Source: Minisyncoccota bacterium
GTDB lineage: Bacteria > Patescibacteriota > Minisyncoccia > Phycocordibacterales > PALSA-1337
Assembly: GCA_041666915.1 (NCBI GenBank)
Contig: JBAYFZ010000001.1
Span: forward strand, 137,086 to 201,085
Length of the DNA stretch: 64,000 nucleotides
Reading direction: 5' to 3'
In this document: piece by piece, positions 60,639 through 64,000 of the stretch
Numbering within the stretch: the first letter of the stretch is position 1
How the letters are laid out: each line of letters starts with the position of its first letter
Notes under the pieces: model-generated
The model's input: only the letters and a program-made list of their open reading frames with translations
Databases searched by the model: none
What the model was told of the DNA's origin: nothing
Position numbers and translations under genes: made by a program

Positions 60639-61946
60639 TCACTTTGTATTGAAGTACTGATCCAAGAGATCCTTCAATACATTTGGTAAGATACGAATCC
60701 TGTTTATCGAATCCATAAATGATATCCTAACCATTGTCCTACCTAATTTCTTGTCCTTAAAGAAATTTTCTAGTGGTGTCATGAGAACTGTATAATATTG
60801 GTTACCGTATTTTGATTTGCCAGATTTTGCACAGAAATTTATAAAATCAATAGCATTAAAATTTGGATCTATATTTTTAAAATCTAAGACAAGATACAAA
60901 GCCGCATCAGGTTTGGATATAATTATGCTAGGAATTTTCTTCTTAAGGTCACAGGAGACAAAGCTAATGATAGATTGGTAGTACTCCCTCTGTTTATCAA
61001 ACCAACATTTGATATCTTTCTTATTTTCTTTAGCTAAAGCTGAAAATATGTATTGACCAATTACATTTGGGCACACATTCGCTGTACTTTCTGCAACAGA
61101 CTTCTCGTAAAAAGTTTCGTTGTCAGTTACGATCGCGCCAATCCTCAAACCACAAGCATTCCAAACCTTAGAAGCTGACTCCAATGAAATTCGTCTTCCT
61201 TGAATGCCTGGGATGGTTTCATCGGACAATCTCCAAATGCTTGGGGCTTTTGATTTCGAGTAATGCAATTCACGATAGGTTTCATCACTCACTAGCCACA
61301 TGTTATATCTAACACAAAGCCTCGCTAAAGCTTCTAGTTGATTTTGAGTAATGAGTTGTCCTGTAGGATTATCGTATGGAATAATTATCATCGCGTTCGG
61401 TTTTTTCTTTAATATGAATTGCTCGATCTTTTTTATAGACGGAAATTCGAATATCCCATCTGACTGGATTATACGAACCATGGATATAGTTCTACGATTT
61501 AACCTTCTCGCCATGTATTCAAATGAAGTGTATGCAGGATCAAATAATAAAATCGGTCCAATATTTTTTTCTGTGTTTCCAGAAATACCCAATAAGCAAA
61601 ATTCTATTGCTTGACTTGCGCCATCTGTAATCTGAATATAGAGATTATCTATCGGTAAGTCGCTCGCATTGAATATCTTTAAAAAAGCTTTTTGTGTCTC
61701 AACGTAGCCTGCCGATGAAGAATACTTGACTATTCCTTTATTGAATGGACTCTGAGGACCAGCTAATCTTCTCATCCTCTTAATTAGCGCTGGATACATC
61801 GCACGATTGATGTTTCCGAGCGCCATATCTATTGGCACCACAATATCTTTACGTTCTTTTAATTTCTCGTAGACAGATCTAATCACGGAAACTTTTCTAG
61901 TCTGATAATAGTTTGATAAATTAGGTTTTTTAATCATAAAAAACAT
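60639..61946 (-). CDS. Class I/II PLP-dependent aminotransferase
   Basis: TDGASQA, DPAY, DNPTG, SDETY, SASKVWNACGLRIG. Confidence 0.92.
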   Translation of the reverse strand: MFFMIKKPNLSNYYQTRKVSVIRSVYEKLKERKDIVVPIDMALGNINRAMYPALIKRMRRLAGPQSPFNKGIVKYSSSAGYVETQKAFLKIFNASDLPIDNLYIQITDGASQAIEFCLLGISGNTEKNIGPILLFDPAYTSFEYMARRLNRRTISMVRIIQSDGIFEFPSIKKIEQFILKKKPNAMIIIPYDNPTGQLITQNQLEALARLCVRYNMWLVSDETYRELHYSKSKAPSIWRLSDETIPGIQGRRISLESASKVWNACGLRIGAIVTDNETFYEKSVAESTANVCPNVIGQYIFSALAKENKKDIKCWFDKQREYYQSIISFVSCDLKKKIPSIIISKPDAALYLVLDFKNIDPNFNAIDFINFCAKSGKSKYGNQYYTVLMTPLENFFKDKKLGRTMVRISFMDSINRIRILPNVLKDLLDQYFNTK

Positions 61947-63607
61947 TATCTTGGCTGATGCTCATGAATACTAATTGTGTCAGATTCATTACTGTGTAAG
62001 TATGACTGCTCAAATTCTGTTTTCATCTTTAGAAGACCGTCCAATATCCTATCGCATAGGCTTTCATCCAAAAATAATGACATTGGAAATAATCTTAAGG
62101 CGGATAGATCAGATCCTATAGTTCGTTTTCGATAATTGGACAAGAAACCAATCAATGGATAATTCTGTTTTTCCTTAGATAATTTATAAAAGGCATACTT
62201 ATAAAATTTTTCGCAGTAACAATTGTAATCATCTCTTATTGATTGATCATGAGACAATAATTCGTAGAAGTCACTACCTTGACCCTTATAATGAGGCTTA
62301 ACCATTATACATGGACCAGCTGAAAAATCGTTGATAATCTGAAAATCATTTGAATATTTTACTGATATTTGTCTTTTCAAATATTCAGACACTTCCATAA
62401 TATATGCCAAGTATTCTCTAAATCCATTAATTCCTAACTGATTAAGTGTTACCCATGCCGACAATATTCCTGTACCAGATCTAGAATTTTCGATTGAATA
62501 TGTATAGACTTGATTATCGCCATATGATTGATTAAATTTATCTTGATTACCAAGACTCTTCTTTGTAATAAAAAAACTTGAAGAATAAGGACAAAAACCC
62601 ATTTTATGCAGGTCCACACCAAAAGAATCGACTAGATTGACATTCATTATTTTTTTATTTACCAACATTAGCTTATTAAGAGCTGATGCACTAATCAAAA
62701 GCTCGTTTTTTTCAAAATCGTAATTCTTATAGAACAACCATGCCCACCCGATAACACTATCAAGGTGAATATGTGGCACATATTGTAAATTATGTTTAAG
62801 ACATATTTTTTTGACGATTTCGATAACCATAGGAATGTTATCAACATTAAGATCCAAAGTGCCTCCACCAGCCAAAATAATACAAGCGATTTTCTTACCA
62901 TCAACGATACATTTACCTAACACATGTTCAAAATCATCCAGACGCATGTTCTCATTCTCATCACAAGATACCCTAATACATGACTTTCTACCGAGACCAA
63001 GTAAATCGCAAACACTTTCAATGGTGTAATGGCAAGCCTTCGATGTTATAACAACATAATCATCTTTAGCGCCGTCATCTTTTGTGTGTTTGTCTATATT
63101 TTCCAATCCCTGTTTTATCGCGTATATCATAGTCGCCTTGCCACCAAAACAAGAAATGCCATCTGCGGTTTTATAATCAAACCCAGCTAAATCACAAAGA
63201 TACTTGACTACATACCTTTCAAATAAAACCATATTCCCAGAATTAATATCCCATAAAATATTCGGATTATAAAGGTTCGTCACCGTTGATACAGCTATAG
63301 CATCCAATGATGTTGGAGGTGTAATATTAAAAAGAGTATTGGGATGATGAAATTTGATTACACCTTCAAAAGCTTTAGAAACAAGGCTGTAAATCATGTC
63401 GTCATCTAAACCGTTGAATGGTATCGATTCTTTTTCTAATTTTTCTCCGTATCTAAACATGGGATCAATCTTCATCCTAGGAGAAGCGACGTCATTTGAA
63501 GAATTCAAAATTATCTCATGCAACTTCTTTTGTTTTTCTGATATCAAATCAAAATTCTTCTCATCAGGCTCAAGAAAGTGTAAAGAAATGTTAGACAGTT
63601 TTATCAT
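61946..63607 (-). CDS. Group II PLP-dependent decarboxylase
   Basis: FGG, HYTI, GGT, HLDSVIG, DSFGVDLHKMG. Confidence 0.9.
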   Translation of the reverse strand: MIKLSNISLHFLEPDEKNFDLISEKQKKLHEIILNSSNDVASPRMKIDPMFRYGEKLEKESIPFNGLDDDMIYSLVSKAFEGVIKFHHPNTLFNITPPTSLDAIAVSTVTNLYNPNILWDINSGNMVLFERYVVKYLCDLAGFDYKTADGISCFGGKATMIYAIKQGLENIDKHTKDDGAKDDYVVITSKACHYTIESVCDLLGLGRKSCIRVSCDENENMRLDDFEHVLGKCIVDGKKIACIILAGGGTLDLNVDNIPMVIEIVKKICLKHNLQYVPHIHLDSVIGWAWLFYKNYDFEKNELLISASALNKLMLVNKKIMNVNLVDSFGVDLHKMGFCPYSSSFFITKKSLGNQDKFNQSYGDNQVYTYSIENSRSGTGILSAWVTLNQLGINGFREYLAYIMEVSEYLKRQISVKYSNDFQIINDFSAGPCIMVKPHYKGQGSDFYELLSHDQSIRDDYNCYCEKFYKYAFYKLSKEKQNYPLIGFLSNYRKRTIGSDLSALRLFPMSLFLDESLCDRILDGLLKMKTEFEQSYLHSNESDTISIHEHQPR

Positions 63608-63948
63608 GATGATTTTGAATAGGCTAATAATTTTTTATAGATGATTCCCATAAGTTTAATCTTATTCTTACAATCAAGATCGTGTGGATCAATCGCCACC
63701 AATCTGATCACTTCTTTACCAAGGCTTGGTTTAAGTACCAATAGATCATCCTGGTAATGTTTAGATGAATTCATAGATAACTTACCGTTTAGTAAATAAT
63801 GACATTTTGCTACCTCAGCCATGAATAAATTCACTTGATTCATCTCTTCAAATACACTTCTCCACCTACCGCGGATAGCCCACCATTCTGCTTCTTGTTT
63901 TAATCGATTTATGTAGTTATTTATAAACTCGCTCTGACGAGTATTCAT
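63604..63948 (-). CDS. Hypothetical protein
   Basis: 114-aa ORF with ATGA coupling to the decarboxylase. Confidence 0.65.
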   Translation of the reverse strand: MNTRQSEFINNYINRLKQEAEWWAIRGRWRSVFEEMNQVNLFMAEVAKCHYLLNGKLSMNSSKHYQDDLLVLKPSLGKEVIRLVAIDPHDLDCKNKIKLMGIIYKKLLAYSKSS

Positions 63949-64000
63949 AAAATTAAAACATCTCTCTCGCTGAGAAACAAAAAAATCATCTTTATCAAAA

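Overview
A low-GC bacterial chromosome segment read with genetic code 11 (TGA used as stop). Gene content and compact organisation suggest Patescibacteria/CPR, probably Parcubacteria (inference). The housekeeping backbone is gyrB, tsaD, rplI, rpmA, gltX, murG, a gap-rpiB-rpe-split transketolase operon, pyrD, dnaB, recR, rplU, rmuC, yqeY and tyrS. Four tRNAs are present: Val-GAC, Glu-TTC, Ser-CGA and an unusual Ser-ACT. Accessory content includes a flavinylation electron-transfer trio, a GH130/PMM/PMI mannoside cluster, three toxin-antitoxin-type modules interleaved in the pentose-phosphate operon, an island with a frameshifted NYN gene and a ubiquitin-like/E1/DUF6527 operon, and a decarboxylase-aminotransferase-TyrRS operon. 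The most notable candidates are: (1) a PhcB-like methyltransferase between two divergent 7TM histidine kinases, a possible quorum-sensing cassette; (2) a four-helix-bundle gene bounded by heptamer-built inverted repeats whose gene-less copies are dispersed, some in frame inside core genes; (3) structured elements anchored on tRNA 3' ends that duplicate the tRNA end and precede promoter-bearing cargo genes. Products are assigned from motif recognition only; no database search was run.
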